NCBI GenBank assembly: GCA_963721805.1
Contig: CAVRJY010000005.1
Span: forward strand, 33,309 to 97,308
From: Nitrospirota bacterium
Lineage (GTDB): Bacteria; Nitrospirota; Thermodesulfovibrionia; Thermodesulfovibrionales; JdFR-86
Direction: 5' to 3'
DNA: 64,000 nucleotides
Both the position numbers and the translations under genes were made by a program. Below are positions 18,724 to 29,132 of the stretch, piece after piece; within the stretch, counting starts at the first letter, position 1, and each line of letters starts with the position of its first letter. The notes under the pieces are model-generated. The model saw only the letters and a program-made list of their open reading frames with translations. It was not told where the DNA came from and did no database searches.

Positions 18724-20454
18724 TTACGAGCCCTCTCCCCGGTATCCGTTCGTGATCGGCATGCGCCGGTCTTTGCCGAACGCGCGCTGCGTGATCTTGA
18801 TCCCCGGCGGCGACTGCCTTCGCTTGTACTCCGAGCGGTCGACCATCCGCACCACGCGCCTTATTATATCCTGAGGCGCGCCGGTCTGGCCAGCTATCTC
18901 GTCCATGCCGCGCTCCTGCTCGACGTAGGCGCGCAGGATCGGGTCCAGCACGTCATAGGGCGGGAGGCTGTCGGTGTCGAGCTGGCCGGGGCGGAGCTCC
19001 GCGGTCGGCTCGCGCGTGAGGACGCGCTGGGGTATCACGTCCGACTGGGCGTTGCGCCAGCGCGCGAGGCGGTATACCATCGTCTTGGGGACGTCCTTGA
19101 TCACCGCGAACCCGCCTGCCATGTCGCCGTAGAGCGTGGCGTACCCCACGCTCATCTCGGATTTGTTGCCGGTCGTGAGCACGAGCGAGCCGGTCTTGTT
19201 CGAGACGGCCATCAGGAGGTTGCCCCTGATGCGGGCTTGGAGGTTCTCCTCGGCCGTGTCGGGCTTCATGCCCCTGAAGGCGTCCGCGAGCGCCGCGTCG
19301 TATGAGCGGAAGACCGGGTCTATCGGGATCGTCAGGAGTTTAAGCTTGAGCGACCGGCAGAGCGCGACGCTGTCGTCGCGGCTCATCTTCGAGGTATAGC
19401 GCGAGGGCATGAAGATGCATGTGATGTTCTCCGGCCCGAGCGCGTCGGCGGCTATCGCAGCGACGAGGGCGGAGTCCACCCCGCCGCTTAACCCTATGAG
19501 CGCGCCCTTGAAGCGGTTTTTGCGGACGTAGTCGCGCAGCCCGAGCACGAGCGCGGCATAGACCTCCTCGTCGTCCGGCATCGGCTCCGGCATAGGCGCG
19601 GGCTTTGAGGCGGGCTTGCGCTTTCTGGGCTTGAAGTCTACGTCCACGGGCTCAGCGCTCGGGGCGGCCTCGGCCTGCTTGCGGCGGCGGGGGTCCATGA
19701 GGCGGCGCATGAAGACTCCGTCGAGATCGAGGTCAGCGACGAGCAGGCCTTCCCTGAACTGTGGCCCGCGGCTGATGACCTCGCCCTGCTCGTTTAAGAT
19801 CATGCTCGCGCCGTCGAAGACGAGCTCGTCCTGGCCGCCAACCATGTTTAGGTATGCGACCACGACCGAGCTGTCGGTCGCGCGCGTGCGGAGCATCGCC
19901 TCGCGCTCGGCAAGCTTGCCGATTGAGTACGGCGATGCGTTTATGTTGATGATGAGCTCCGCGCCCGCGACGGCCTGCATGCGGTGCGGCCCCTCGGGAT
20001 ACCAGATGTCCTCGCAGATCGTTATGCCGACCAGGACCTCGCCGATGCGGAAGACCGTCGGCGCGCATCCGGGCTTGAAGTACCTGAACTCGTCGAAGAC
20101 CCCGTAGTTGGGCAGGTGGGCCTTGCGGTATGTGCCGGCTAGGTGGCCGCCCGTGAGCACAGCGGCCGAGTTATAGATGTCCACGTCGCGCTCGACGAAC
20201 CCGACGACCGTGACGATCCCCTTGGGCACGGCCTTGCGCACCGCATCGAGCGCGAGGAGGTTGTCCTCGATGAAGCCCTGCTTCAGGAGCAGGTCCTCGG
20301 GCGGATAGCCGGTAATCGCGAGTTCGGGGAACGCGACCACGTCCGCGCCGAGGCCATGGGCCTCCTTTATCAAGGCAACTATCTGCCGAGCATTCCCCGC
20401 GAGGTCGCCTACCGTGGGGTTCGTCTGCGCGAGCGCGAGCCTTAGCGTCTTCAT
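18724..20454 (-). CDS. nadE: glutamine-dependent NAD+ synthetase
   Basis: Nitrilase domain (FPEL, LPNYGVFDE, ICEDIW) plus SGGVDS, TTGNKSE and TAELRPGQ. Confidence 0.95.
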   Translation of the reverse strand: MKTLRLALAQTNPTVGDLAGNARQIVALIKEAHGLGADVVAFPELAITGYPPEDLLLKQGFIEDNLLALDAVRKAVPKGIVTVVGFVERDVDIYNSAAVLTGGHLAGTYRKAHLPNYGVFDEFRYFKPGCAPTVFRIGEVLVGITICEDIWYPEGPHRMQAVAGAELIININASPYSIGKLAEREAMLRTRATDSSVVVAYLNMVGGQDELVFDGASMILNEQGEVISRGPQFREGLLVADLDLDGVFMRRLMDPRRRKQAEAAPSAEPVDVDFKPRKRKPASKPAPMPEPMPDDEEVYAALVLGLRDYVRKNRFKGALIGLSGGVDSALVAAIAADALGPENITCIFMPSRYTSKMSRDDSVALCRSLKLKLLTIPIDPVFRSYDAALADAFRGMKPDTAEENLQARIRGNLLMAVSNKTGSLVLTTGNKSEMSVGYATLYGDMAGGFAVIKDVPKTMVYRLARWRNAQSDVIPQRVLTREPTAELRPGQLDTDSLPPYDVLDPILRAYVEQERGMDEIAGQTGAPQDIIRRVVRMVDRSEYKRRQSPPGIKITQRAFGKDRRMPITNGYRGEGS

Positions 20455-20515
20455 TGGGTTATAATATCCGACGCCCGGCGCTTTGTAAAGCCGCAGGCGG
20501 CAAGGAGGGCGCGGC

Positions 20516-21400
20516 GTGGAGCTGCTCGACGTGGTGTTTTCGGTCTCGGGCGTCAAGACCAACATACTCCTGCCGCCGCTGGTCGCGATGGCGATATCGT
20601 TTTTCACCTCGATGGGCGGCGTGTCGGGCGCGTTTCTGCTCCTGCCGTTTCAGATGAGCGTGCTTGGGTACACGAGCCCCTCGGTGAGTTCCACTAACTT
20701 CGTCTATAACATCGTCGCGATCCCAAGCGGGGTCTACCGTTTTATACGCGAGGGCAGGATGTTCTGGCCGCTTACGATGGTGATAATCCTCGGCACCCTG
20801 CCCGGCGTATTCATCGGATATTACGTCCGCGTGCTGTGGCTCCCGGACCCCAGGCGGTTCATGGCGTTCGCGGGCTGGGTGCTCTTATACATCGGCGGCA
20901 GGCTCGCATACGGCCTTATCAGGGAGCGCGCGACTATGCCTGTCGCGATACCGCCCAGGGGCTCGGTCGTTACCCCGGTCTCGGTAAGGCTGCGGCGCGT
21001 GGAGTTCGATTTCCTCGGGGAGCGCCACGGCTTCAGCACGATAGGGATGTTCATGCTCGCGCTGGTGGTCGGAGTGATCGGCGGGACGTACGGCATCGGC
21101 GGGGGCGCGATCATCGCGCCGTTTTGCGTCGCGATATTCGGGCTCCCGGTATACGCGGTGGCAGGGGCGGCGCTCATGGGCACGCTTATCACCTCGGTCG
21201 CGGGGGTCGCATTCTATAGCATCATACCCTCGGCCCAGAACACCCAGCCTGACTGGGCATTAGGCGCTTTATTCGGCGCGGGCGGGTTCGTGGGGGTATA
21301 TCTCGGCGCAAGATGCCAGAGGTTTGTGCCCCAGCGCTACATCAAGATCATGCTCACCCTTGTCCTCCTCGGTCTCGCGGCGAAGTATTTGCTAAGGTAG
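20516..21400 (+). CDS. TauE/SafE sulfite-exporter family membrane protein
   Basis: GGVSGAFLLLP and GIGGGAII repeated motifs; multi-TM. Confidence 0.85.
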   Translation: MELLDVVFSVSGVKTNILLPPLVAMAISFFTSMGGVSGAFLLLPFQMSVLGYTSPSVSSTNFVYNIVAIPSGVYRFIREGRMFWPLTMVIILGTLPGVFIGYYVRVLWLPDPRRFMAFAGWVLLYIGGRLAYGLIRERATMPVAIPPRGSVVTPVSVRLRRVEFDFLGERHGFSTIGMFMLALVVGVIGGTYGIGGGAIIAPFCVAIFGLPVYAVAGAALMGTLITSVAGVAFYSIIPSAQNTQPDWALGALFGAGGFVGVYLGARCQRFVPQRYIKIMLTLVLLGLAAKYLLR

Positions 21401-21411
21401 GGTACTGACGC

Positions 21412-21576
21412 TTTTTGGAAAGTCGCACTAAATCGCGTGATACTGCGTCGCGAGTCAAAAATCGCCCTCGGAGTACATCCCAGTACACCATCGGGCGGTC
21501 TTCTCGCCGCTCCTAGTCTGACGCGATTTATCGCGCTTTGGTGTAGCCTCGCATAATCGCGCGAGCGGTCAACGGC
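21412..21576 (+). repeat. repeat A copy 7
   Basis: AAAGTCGCACTAAATCG...GTACATCCCAGTAC...GCGGTCAACGGC. Confidence 0.9.
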
Positions 21577-21734
21577 ATTTATTAGAGCATCCCAGCCGCT
21601 GCCCCTCGGACTGGCGATGAAATATTTCATGAGATAAAATCCGCTCGCGATGTTTTGAAAAATATTGTATTATTCATCATCCTTGCGAGTTGAGCAAATT
21701 TTGTATCTAAAGGGGTTTATTGGAGGTTAATCCG

Positions 21735-22319
21735 ATGGAACTAAAATTAAAAGATATGTATAGCTATCTGCTCTCACATACTTTCCCGGGGTTATTTTTT
21801 GGGATAGAGATAATGTTTATATTCAAATGGTTTATGAACGTCGATTTGATATCACCAATCATTATTGAATTTACAAAGCCTGACAATGCAGGCATCGTCA
21901 TTGCAGTGGTTGTTCTCTCATATGCTTTTTCCACACTATTGGGTTTCGTACTCGACGGTATCCATCATTTTGTATATGAAGATTTCATGCGAAAATTCGA
22001 TGGATATAAAGATGACGATATTTTTGCTGCTATAAATACAATTGAGCGGATGCAAATATACCAACATTTCGTTGAAGATGATTACTGGTACCCCTATGAA
22101 GCATATGCAAATATTAGCATTGCAATGTTGCCTGGCCTTTTTTTATTGACATACAAGCTAATTAATTTAGGGATTACGTGGTGGATCATCTGCTTATTTA
22201 CTATCGTATATATTTTAATCCTCTATATTATGTTTTATGAAGCAAAATGCACATATGAATGCTGCTGCGATAGAGAAGAACAAATAATTAAAAATTTTAG
22301 CAATGATAAGAAAGAATAA
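21735..22319 (+). CDS. AT-rich multi-TM hypothetical protein (cargo islet 3)
   Basis: GGAGG RBS; about four hydrophobic segments. Confidence 0.7.
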   Translation: MELKLKDMYSYLLSHTFPGLFFGIEIMFIFKWFMNVDLISPIIIEFTKPDNAGIVIAVVVLSYAFSTLLGFVLDGIHHFVYEDFMRKFDGYKDDDIFAAINTIERMQIYQHFVEDDYWYPYEAYANISIAMLPGLFLLTYKLINLGITWWIICLFTIVYILILYIMFYEAKCTYECCCDREEQIIKNFSNDKKE

Positions 22320-22343
22320 TGGCATTTTTACAGAGAACGATGA

Positions 22344-22859
22344 ATGGTTAAAATAGAAGTGGTCAAACAATTTGATGAGCAAACATTGAAAGATATCTTA
22401 TTTATCCTAAGAGATTCTTTCCCATTACAATGGCGGTATGATGATGATTATACCTATTACAAATCAATGTTAAACAATAAAATGAACATACATCTTTTTC
22501 TAATAGTTGATGGTAGGAGAGTTGGTTATTTACATGCAATCCCTCATGTTGATGCGGCAGATGAATTGAAAGAAGATGATCCAGAAATGCGACCCGACTC
22601 TTCAATGTATTATATTGAAGTCGTAGGAATACGTTCCGAATACCGAGGCAGAAAAGGTTTTACGCTCATGCTTGAAGCATTAAAGCATGAATGCAGATTA
22701 AGAGGCATAAGCAAAATATCGTTGCATGCAAGGGTTCACACTAATTTTAGCGAGATTATTCAACATAAACTAAATGTCGATACTATAAGAAGGGTTGAGA
22801 AATGGAAACATTACAATTTTGAAGAACCTACTGATTATATTGAGGCATCTTTCTATTAA
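22344..22859 (+). CDS. GNAT-family N-acetyltransferase (cargo islet 3)
   Basis: YYIEVVGIRSEYRGRKG motif A; KISLHA. Confidence 0.7.
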   Translation: MVKIEVVKQFDEQTLKDILFILRDSFPLQWRYDDDYTYYKSMLNNKMNIHLFLIVDGRRVGYLHAIPHVDAADELKEDDPEMRPDSSMYYIEVVGIRSEYRGRKGFTLMLEALKHECRLRGISKISLHARVHTNFSEIIQHKLNVDTIRRVEKWKHYNFEEPTDYIEASFY

Positions 22860-22924
22860 TTACACCAACCGATGAGTTCTTCGACACTTGAGTCCACCGG
22901 CACCCATGATAATCTCTAATTAAT

Positions 22925-23104
22925 GCCGTTGACCTTGGGGTGCGGGGTCCAGCGGCTGGATCGCATAACCCCGAAAGCGCGCCCAAATCGTCTTCAGACA
23001 AGGAAACGGCGAGGAAAACGTCCGATGGTGTACTGAGACGTACATCGAGGACGGATTTCCGAGACGTGACGCAGTATCAAGCGATTTGGAGCGCTTTGAA
23101 GAAG
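22925..23104 (-). repeat. repeat A copy 8
   Basis: GCCGTTGACC...GTACTGAGACGTAC...CGATTTGGAGCGCTTT. Confidence 0.9.
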
Positions 23105-23112
23105 GCACCAGA

Positions 23113-23400
23113 CTAGTTGAACTGCACTCCCACGCGGTAGAGGTTGGAGGTTAGGCGCGAGGTCCACATCACCTGCGCCGTACACGGACAGTGCATGATC
23201 TCGGCGCTCGTGATCTCGATCTCGGTGCCCGCCTGCAGCGGGACGGAAGTGAACAGGCCCGCGCCGTTACGGCTCAGGTTGGTCGTAACGGCCGAGCAGG
23301 TGTCATACTCCGTGCGGCCGTAAACGCTCTTAAGGTAAGCGTAGTCGATCGTAACGCTGTAGAAATCGCGCCTGTCAGTCCTCTTGTCAGATGCCGCCAT
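23113..23400 (-). CDS. PilZ domain protein
   Basis: RTDRR (RxxxR), NLSRNG (D/NxSxxG), GVQF. Confidence 0.8.
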   Translation of the reverse strand: MAASDKRTDRRDFYSVTIDYAYLKSVYGRTEYDTCSAVTTNLSRNGAGLFTSVPLQAGTEIEITSAEIMHCPCTAQVMWTSRLTSNLYRVGVQFN

Positions 23401-23543
23401 GCATCTCTCCCTCGCGCCTGCCCGTGAAACCCCCTAGGCCAGGCACCATTAAAATACACCTTTCATGCCGTATAGGCAAATTAAATATATTTATGAGAGC
23501 GATCCGCCGCGCCTATGGGCCGGGTGGCTTATAATAATGAACG

Positions 23544-24746
23544 ATGTTGGATGCCTTGAAGCTCATGGCCGTATTCGCGGCGGTGGTCGCGCTGCTGCGC
23601 TACAAGGTCCCCGTAGGGCTCTCGATGCTCGGCGGCGCGCTCCTGATGGCGCTGCTCTACGCGATGCCGCCGGGCGCGATCATGGACGCAGCGCGGGTCG
23701 CATTCATAGGCAGGACGACGTTTGAGTTCCTGGGGGCGCTGATGCTGATCCGCGTGCTGGAGCAGGTGATGAGGGAGCGCGAGCTGCTGGCGCGGATGAT
23801 GTCGGCCTCGCGCGCGTATCTCATAAGCCGGAGGGCCGGGATCGTCGCGATGCCCATCCTGATCGGGCTTCTGCCCTCTGTAGGCGGGGCGTATTTCTCG
23901 GCCCCGATGGTCGAGGAGTCGACGGCCGGCACGGGGATGACGGCCGAGGAGAAGGGGTTTATCAACTTCTGGTTCCGCCACATATGGGAGCCGACGCTGC
24001 CGCTCTATCCGGGCCTGCTGCTCGCGACCGCGGTCTCGGGGCTGCCGCTGCGCACGCTCGTCGCGGCCAACACCGGCGTGACCCTCGTGATCCTCATAAC
24101 CGGCTTCGTCTTCAGCATGCGCGACCTGCGGGGGCTCCGCGCCGAGGCCGCAACGCGCAACCCGCGCGAGCTCTGGAGCTTCCTGCCCCTGGTCGCGATA
24201 CTCGTTATGGTGATGGCGTTTAACGTGACGCTCTATATCGCGATGGCCGTGGCCATAGCGGGGCTTTACGCCGTATGCCGCATGAGCTGGCGCGAGATAG
24301 GCCGCTCGCTGCGCGCCGGGCTGTCGTGGGAGCTGGTGGCGCTGATCTGGGGCGTGATGTTCTTTAAGGCCGTGATGGAGGGCTCCGGGGCGGTGGGGGG
24401 CATGAGCGCGTCGTTCGCGGGGGCCGGGATACCGCTATGGGCCGCGCTCGCGGTGCTGCCGTTTCTGACAGGGCTGTTGACCGGCTTCACCATCGGATTC
24501 GTCGGCGCGACCTTCCCGCTCCTGCTGAGCCTGCCCGGCGGGGGCTCGGTTGCGGCCGTGAGCTTCGCCTTCGCGTGCGGGTACATAGGGGTGCTGCTCT
24601 CGCCCGTGCATATATGCTTCGTGCTCACGCGCGACTATTTCAAGGCGGACCTCGGCGGCAGCTACAGGATGATGCTCCTGCCTCTGGTGCTCGTCGCGGC
24701 ATACTCAGCCGCGCAGTACGCGGCGCTCTCGCTCTGGATGCGATAG
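23544..24746 (+). CDS. DUF401-family transporter-like membrane protein
   Basis: GLLPSVGGA.FSAP, NFWFRH.WE, LLSPVH.C. Confidence 0.8.
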   Translation: MLDALKLMAVFAAVVALLRYKVPVGLSMLGGALLMALLYAMPPGAIMDAARVAFIGRTTFEFLGALMLIRVLEQVMRERELLARMMSASRAYLISRRAGIVAMPILIGLLPSVGGAYFSAPMVEESTAGTGMTAEEKGFINFWFRHIWEPTLPLYPGLLLATAVSGLPLRTLVAANTGVTLVILITGFVFSMRDLRGLRAEAATRNPRELWSFLPLVAILVMVMAFNVTLYIAMAVAIAGLYAVCRMSWREIGRSLRAGLSWELVALIWGVMFFKAVMEGSGAVGGMSASFAGAGIPLWAALAVLPFLTGLLTGFTIGFVGATFPLLLSLPGGGSVAAVSFAFACGYIGVLLSPVHICFVLTRDYFKADLGGSYRMMLLPLVLVAAYSAAQYAALSLWMR

Positions 24747-24756
24747 CGCACGCATC

Positions 24757-24784
24757 TTGACACATCGACTGCGGTTACTATACT
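24757..24784 (+). promoter_or_regulatory. sigma70-type promoter of the MCP gene
   Basis: TTGACA-16-TATACT. Confidence 0.5.
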
Positions 24785-24824
24785 TTAGAAGTTTGGGGGA
24801 GAATGATTACGGAGGATTGCACTG

Positions 24825-26453
24825 ATGTTTATTAAGCTCAATATAGGCCAGAGGCTCGGGGCCGGCTTCACGCTGCTGGTCGCGCTGATGGTCCTGCTCG
24901 TGATAATAGGCCTGGTCGGGATGAAGAAGATCCGCACCGAACTCGACATCGTCGTCGGCGAGAACAACGTAAGGGCGGTCACGGCCAACGAGATGGTCGA
25001 GCAGGTCCGAAACGTCGCGATCACTATCCGCAACATCCTGCTGACCACGGACCAGGCATTCGTCGGGGCCGAGGTCGATAGCGTCAAGGAGCGCCGCGCG
25101 ATCTACAACAAGGACTTCGAGAAGCTCGTGCTCATGATCCCGAAGGAAGACTCCCAGGCATGGGCCCTGATACAGAAGGTCAAGGAGGCGCAGGCCATTG
25201 CCGGCCCGCTGACCAACAAGGTAATAGACCTCGGGCTCGACGGCAGGGACAAAGAGGCCGCCGAGATCATGATCAAGGAGACCGGCCCGGCGGTCGGCGA
25301 CCTCATCGACGCGCTCCAGACGCTGGCCGACTTCCAGCAGTACGAGACCGAACTCGCGTACCAGTCCGCGCAGGTCACGTACAAGAAGGCCCAGATCATA
25401 CTGCTTGCCATCGCGGCCGTCGCGATACTGATCGCGATCATCGCGGCTACGGTGCTCCGGCGCGGGATCATAAGACCCCTCAACGCGGGCGTCGACGCCG
25501 CGGGCATGATAGCGCGCGGGGACCTCACCCTGAAGATCGACGGCGGCGGCACCGACGAGATCGGCCTCCTGATGCGCTCGATGAAGGACATGGCCGACAA
25601 GCTCCGCGGGATCATCGGCCAGATCAAGGCCGTGTCGGTCTCGCTCAACGACGCCAGCACGCACCTGAGCGGGAAGTCCGAGCAGATATCCGAGACGACC
25701 TCCAGCCAGTCCTCGCGCTCCACGCAGATAGCGACCTCGGCCGAGGAGCTCACCCAGACCGTCATAGACGTCGCCAGAAACGCTTCCAGCATCGCCGACA
25801 GCGCCAAGAGCACGGTAGAGAAGGCCCAGGAGGGCGACCGCATCGTCGAGGCCTCGGTCAAGGAGATCCGCGAGATCGCGACCGCCGTAAGCGGCACCTC
25901 GAAGGTGCTGGAGTCCCTGCACGAGCGCTCGAAGCAGATCGGCGAGATCGTCAAGGTCATCAACGACATCGCGGACCAGACGAACCTGCTGGCCTTAAAC
26001 GCGGCCATCGAGGCAGCGCGCGCGGGGGAGCAGGGCCGCGGCTTCGCGGTCGTCGCGGACGAGGTAAGGAAGCTCGCCGAGCGCACCGCGCGCGCGACCT
26101 CGGAGATCGGCGGGATGATAACCTCGATCCAGCGCGAGGTCGACGAGTCGGTCGGCTCGATGAAGGGCGCTATCACGAAGGTCGACACCGGCGTGCAGCT
26201 CTCGACCCGCGCCGGACAGCAGCTCAAGGAGATAGTCTCCAGCATCAGCGACCTGCAGGGCCTCGTCCAGCAGATAGCGTCTGCCACCGAGGAGATGTCC
26301 GCCGTGGCCGAGGGCATAGGCTCGGACATATCGAGCATCGCTGAGTCGTCAAACGACCTGTCCTCGGGCACGATAGAGATCGCGCGCTCATCGTCCGAAC
26401 TGGCGCAGATAGCTTCGACGCTCAAGCACACGATGGACGGGTTTAAGATCTAG
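24825..26453 (+). CDS. methyl-accepting chemotaxis protein
   Basis: Two TM helices, four-helix sensor, HAMP (DEIG), IADQTNLLALNAAIEAARAGEQGRGFAVVADEVRKLA. Confidence 0.95.
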   Translation: MFIKLNIGQRLGAGFTLLVALMVLLVIIGLVGMKKIRTELDIVVGENNVRAVTANEMVEQVRNVAITIRNILLTTDQAFVGAEVDSVKERRAIYNKDFEKLVLMIPKEDSQAWALIQKVKEAQAIAGPLTNKVIDLGLDGRDKEAAEIMIKETGPAVGDLIDALQTLADFQQYETELAYQSAQVTYKKAQIILLAIAAVAILIAIIAATVLRRGIIRPLNAGVDAAGMIARGDLTLKIDGGGTDEIGLLMRSMKDMADKLRGIIGQIKAVSVSLNDASTHLSGKSEQISETTSSQSSRSTQIATSAEELTQTVIDVARNASSIADSAKSTVEKAQEGDRIVEASVKEIREIATAVSGTSKVLESLHERSKQIGEIVKVINDIADQTNLLALNAAIEAARAGEQGRGFAVVADEVRKLAERTARATSEIGGMITSIQREVDESVGSMKGAITKVDTGVQLSTRAGQQLKEIVSSISDLQGLVQQIASATEEMSAVAEGIGSDISSIAESSNDLSSGTIEIARSSSELAQIASTLKHTMDGFKI

Positions 26454-26647
26454 GGGGCGACTGCCCCCTCTTCCTGTTCGAGCCGCCAGAGGCGACTCTC
26501 ACTAATAAGGGGCCTGCCGGCCCCTTTTCGCTTTCTAACCCGATATATTCGAAATTCATTGATTCTTCACACGCCAGCGTTAAACTATAAAGTTAGAAAC
26601 ATCCTCTGCCCGCGCGGAGGGGAAAATCCATTAGGGAGGCGTATCGA

Positions 26648-26881
26648 ATGAGAAAAGTACTGTTAGTCTTGATGGGAGCCGTATTTGCCTTGAGCCTCAT
26701 GACTTCCGCGTATGCCATGACAAACTCCGCAACCGCCGGCAAAGGCGCTGGCACCGCGATTGCCGGGACTCAGACCGGGACGCATGCCGGCAAGACCGGA
26801 ACTCACAGGCATGCCGGCTACAAGGGCTCGCATAAGCATGCGGCCAACAAGACCGGCGTGGCAAACACGACAGCCAAGTAA
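26648..26881 (+). CDS. small secreted basic low-complexity protein
   Basis: GGGAGG RBS; signal peptide ending AYA; Thr/Gly/His/Lys-rich; hairpin downstream. Confidence 0.65.
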   Translation: MRKVLLVLMGAVFALSLMTSAYAMTNSATAGKGAGTAIAGTQTGTHAGKTGTHRHAGYKGSHKHAANKTGVANTTAK

Positions 26882-26942
26882 TAACTCTGAATATTACGAG
26901 CGAAGAGGGAAAGGGGGCCGGATGGCCCCTTCTCTTTTATGG

Positions 26943-27035
26943 GAGGGGTCCGTGACCCCCGCAGGTGTACTGGGATGTACTCCGAGGGAGCGGCTGCGAG
27001 CCGTGACGACGTATCACGCGATTTCGGCTCGCTTT
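26943..27035 (-). repeat. repeat A copy 9 (partial)
   Basis: GTACTGGGATGTAC...GTATCACGCGATTTCGGCTCGCTTT abutting the ccsA stop. Confidence 0.8.
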
Positions 27036-27773
27036 CTAGAAGGAGTGTGAGCTTTTCATTAATAGGCTAACTCCGAGGTAGGTGAATAGTACAACCCCGA
27101 ATCCCGCTGTGCCGACGATCGAAACCTTCCGCCCCTGCCAGCCGCGTACGAGCCGCGCGTGCAGGTAGAAGCCGTAGTAAATCCAGAGCACCGTGGTCCA
27201 GACCTCCTTCGGGGTCCATAGCCAGTACGTCCCCCACGCGAAATACGCCCATATCCCCCCGGCGATCATCGAGAGGCTGAACAGCCCGTAGCCTGTAAAT
27301 ATAGTGCGGTACTGCATCCGCTCTATCGCATCGTCGCGCTCGATCAGGTATATCGCACCGAGCACCGTGGCCACGGCGAAGACCGCGTATGAGAAGAACG
27401 AGAGCGCCACGTGGAGCTCGAACCAGTAGGTGCGCAGAATCGGGGGGAGGAACCCGGCATGAGGGGGCGTGGCGAGGGCGACCGCGGTGCACAGCGCGCA
27501 GATGAGCGCGAGCACTCGGAAGTAGGCCGGGCGCTGCGGGCCTGAGTGGTGCACCGCGAGGCCGAAGGCCGCGACCGAGGCCGCGAGGAAATTAAGCGTA
27601 TCGTGAACGCCGATCAGGGGCAGGCGGCCCATCACGAGCCCGCGCGAGGCGATATAGGCAGCCTGCGCGATGAGCCCGGCATACAGCAGCGGCCTCCAGG
27701 CCAGCGCGCCTATGTATAGACCGAGGGCGATAGCTGGCAGCGCGGCCAGGGAGAGGCCCTGTGGGTCGTTCAA
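27036..27773 (-). CDS. ccsA: cytochrome c biogenesis protein CcsA/ResC family
   Basis: GGIWAYFAWGTYWLWTPKE (WWD domain); conserved His residues. Confidence 0.85.
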   Translation of the reverse strand: MNDPQGLSLAALPAIALGLYIGALAWRPLLYAGLIAQAAYIASRGLVMGRLPLIGVHDTLNFLAASVAAFGLAVHHSGPQRPAYFRVLALICALCTAVALATPPHAGFLPPILRTYWFELHVALSFFSYAVFAVATVLGAIYLIERDDAIERMQYRTIFTGYGLFSLSMIAGGIWAYFAWGTYWLWTPKEVWTTVLWIYYGFYLHARLVRGWQGRKVSIVGTAGFGVVLFTYLGVSLLMKSSHSF

Positions 27774-29128
27774 CCGAAGATCTTTCCGGGGTTGAGGATG
27801 CCCTGCGGGTCGAAGACCGCCTTTATCCCACGCATCAGCGAAAGCTCGCGGGCCTTGATCTCCATGCCGATATAAGGGGCCTTCGTGAGCCCGACGCCGT
27901 GCTCGCCCGAGATCGTGCCTCCAAGTTCGATCACCTTCAGGAATATTTCGCGCACGAGGCCCTCGGCCCGGTGGCGCTCGTCCGGGTCGTCGCGCTCAAA
28001 CAGGATATTGACGTGGATGTTGCCGTCCCCGGCATGGCCGAAGTTTACGATCTTTATCTTGCTGCGCTCGCTGAGACCGCGCATGTGCCCGAGCATCTCG
28101 GCCATGCGGCTGCGGGGCACTACGATGTCCTCGCTGATCTTCGCGAGACCTAAATTAAACAGTGCGGGCGAGACCGAGCGGCGGCACTCCCAGAGCCGCT
28201 CGCGCGCCGTGGCGTCCGGGGCGACCTCGGCCTCCCCGCCCAGGCGGCGGACCTCGGCCACGACTCGCGCCGCCTCCTGCTCTATGGCGCGCGGGTGGCC
28301 GTCAAGCTCGATCAGCAGCAGGGCCTCGACGTCCTTCGGCAGGCCGGTCGGCTTGAAGGCCTCTACGGCGCGTATCGCCTCGCGGTCCATGAATTCGAGC
28401 GTGCGCGGGATTATGCGCGCCGCGGTGATAGCGGCCACGGCCTCCCCGGCCGCCTCGATGTCCGCGAAGTACGCAAGCAGCGTCGTGATCTCGAGCGGCT
28501 CGGGCAGCACGCGCAGCCGGATCTTCGAGAGCACCACGAGCGTGCCCTCCGATCCGGTGATCAGGCGCGTGAGGTCGTAGCCGACCACACCTTTGTGCGT
28601 GCGCACGCCGGTGTTTATTACCTCGCCGGAGGGCAGCACGCATTCGAGGCCCATCACGTAGTCGCGCGTGACGCCGTATTTTAGCGCCCTCGGGCCGCCC
28701 GCGTTTTCGGCCACGTTGCCGCCCAAGGTGCAGAAGTTCATGCTCGCGGGGTCGGGGGGATAGAACAGCCCGACTCCGGAGAGCGCGCGCTGGAGCCGCC
28801 CGTTTATCACTCCCGGCTCGACCACGCAGGTGAGGTTCTGCTCGTCGACGTCGAGGATGTGGTTCATGCGCTCGGTGCTCAGCACTATCGCGCCGGTGGA
28901 GGGCACCGAGCCCGCGGTCATCCCGGAGCCCGCGCCGCGCGGCACTATCGGGAGGTTACGCTCAGAGGCGTACCGCACCATCGCCGAGATGTCCTCGGTG
29001 CTGCGGGGCCATGCGACCATCGCGGGCTTCCCCTCGAGGCCGGAGGCGTCGAAGCCGTAGCATACCAGGTCTTCAGGGGAGGTCGAGACCGGCATGTCCG
29101 GGAGATTCGTAAACCCCGTCTTAGACAT
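27770..29128 (-). CDS. FAD-linked oxidase, GlcD/D-lactate dehydrogenase family
   Basis: PRGAGSG, PPDPAS, TLGGNVAENAGG, GHAGDGNIH, GEHGVG, LNPGK. Confidence 0.9.
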   Translation of the reverse strand: MSKTGFTNLPDMPVSTSPEDLVCYGFDASGLEGKPAMVAWPRSTEDISAMVRYASERNLPIVPRGAGSGMTAGSVPSTGAIVLSTERMNHILDVDEQNLTCVVEPGVINGRLQRALSGVGLFYPPDPASMNFCTLGGNVAENAGGPRALKYGVTRDYVMGLECVLPSGEVINTGVRTHKGVVGYDLTRLITGSEGTLVVLSKIRLRVLPEPLEITTLLAYFADIEAAGEAVAAITAARIIPRTLEFMDREAIRAVEAFKPTGLPKDVEALLLIELDGHPRAIEQEAARVVAEVRRLGGEAEVAPDATARERLWECRRSVSPALFNLGLAKISEDIVVPRSRMAEMLGHMRGLSERSKIKIVNFGHAGDGNIHVNILFERDDPDERHRAEGLVREIFLKVIELGGTISGEHGVGLTKAPYIGMEIKARELSLMRGIKAVFDPQGILNPGKIFG

Positions 29129-29132
29129 AGCG

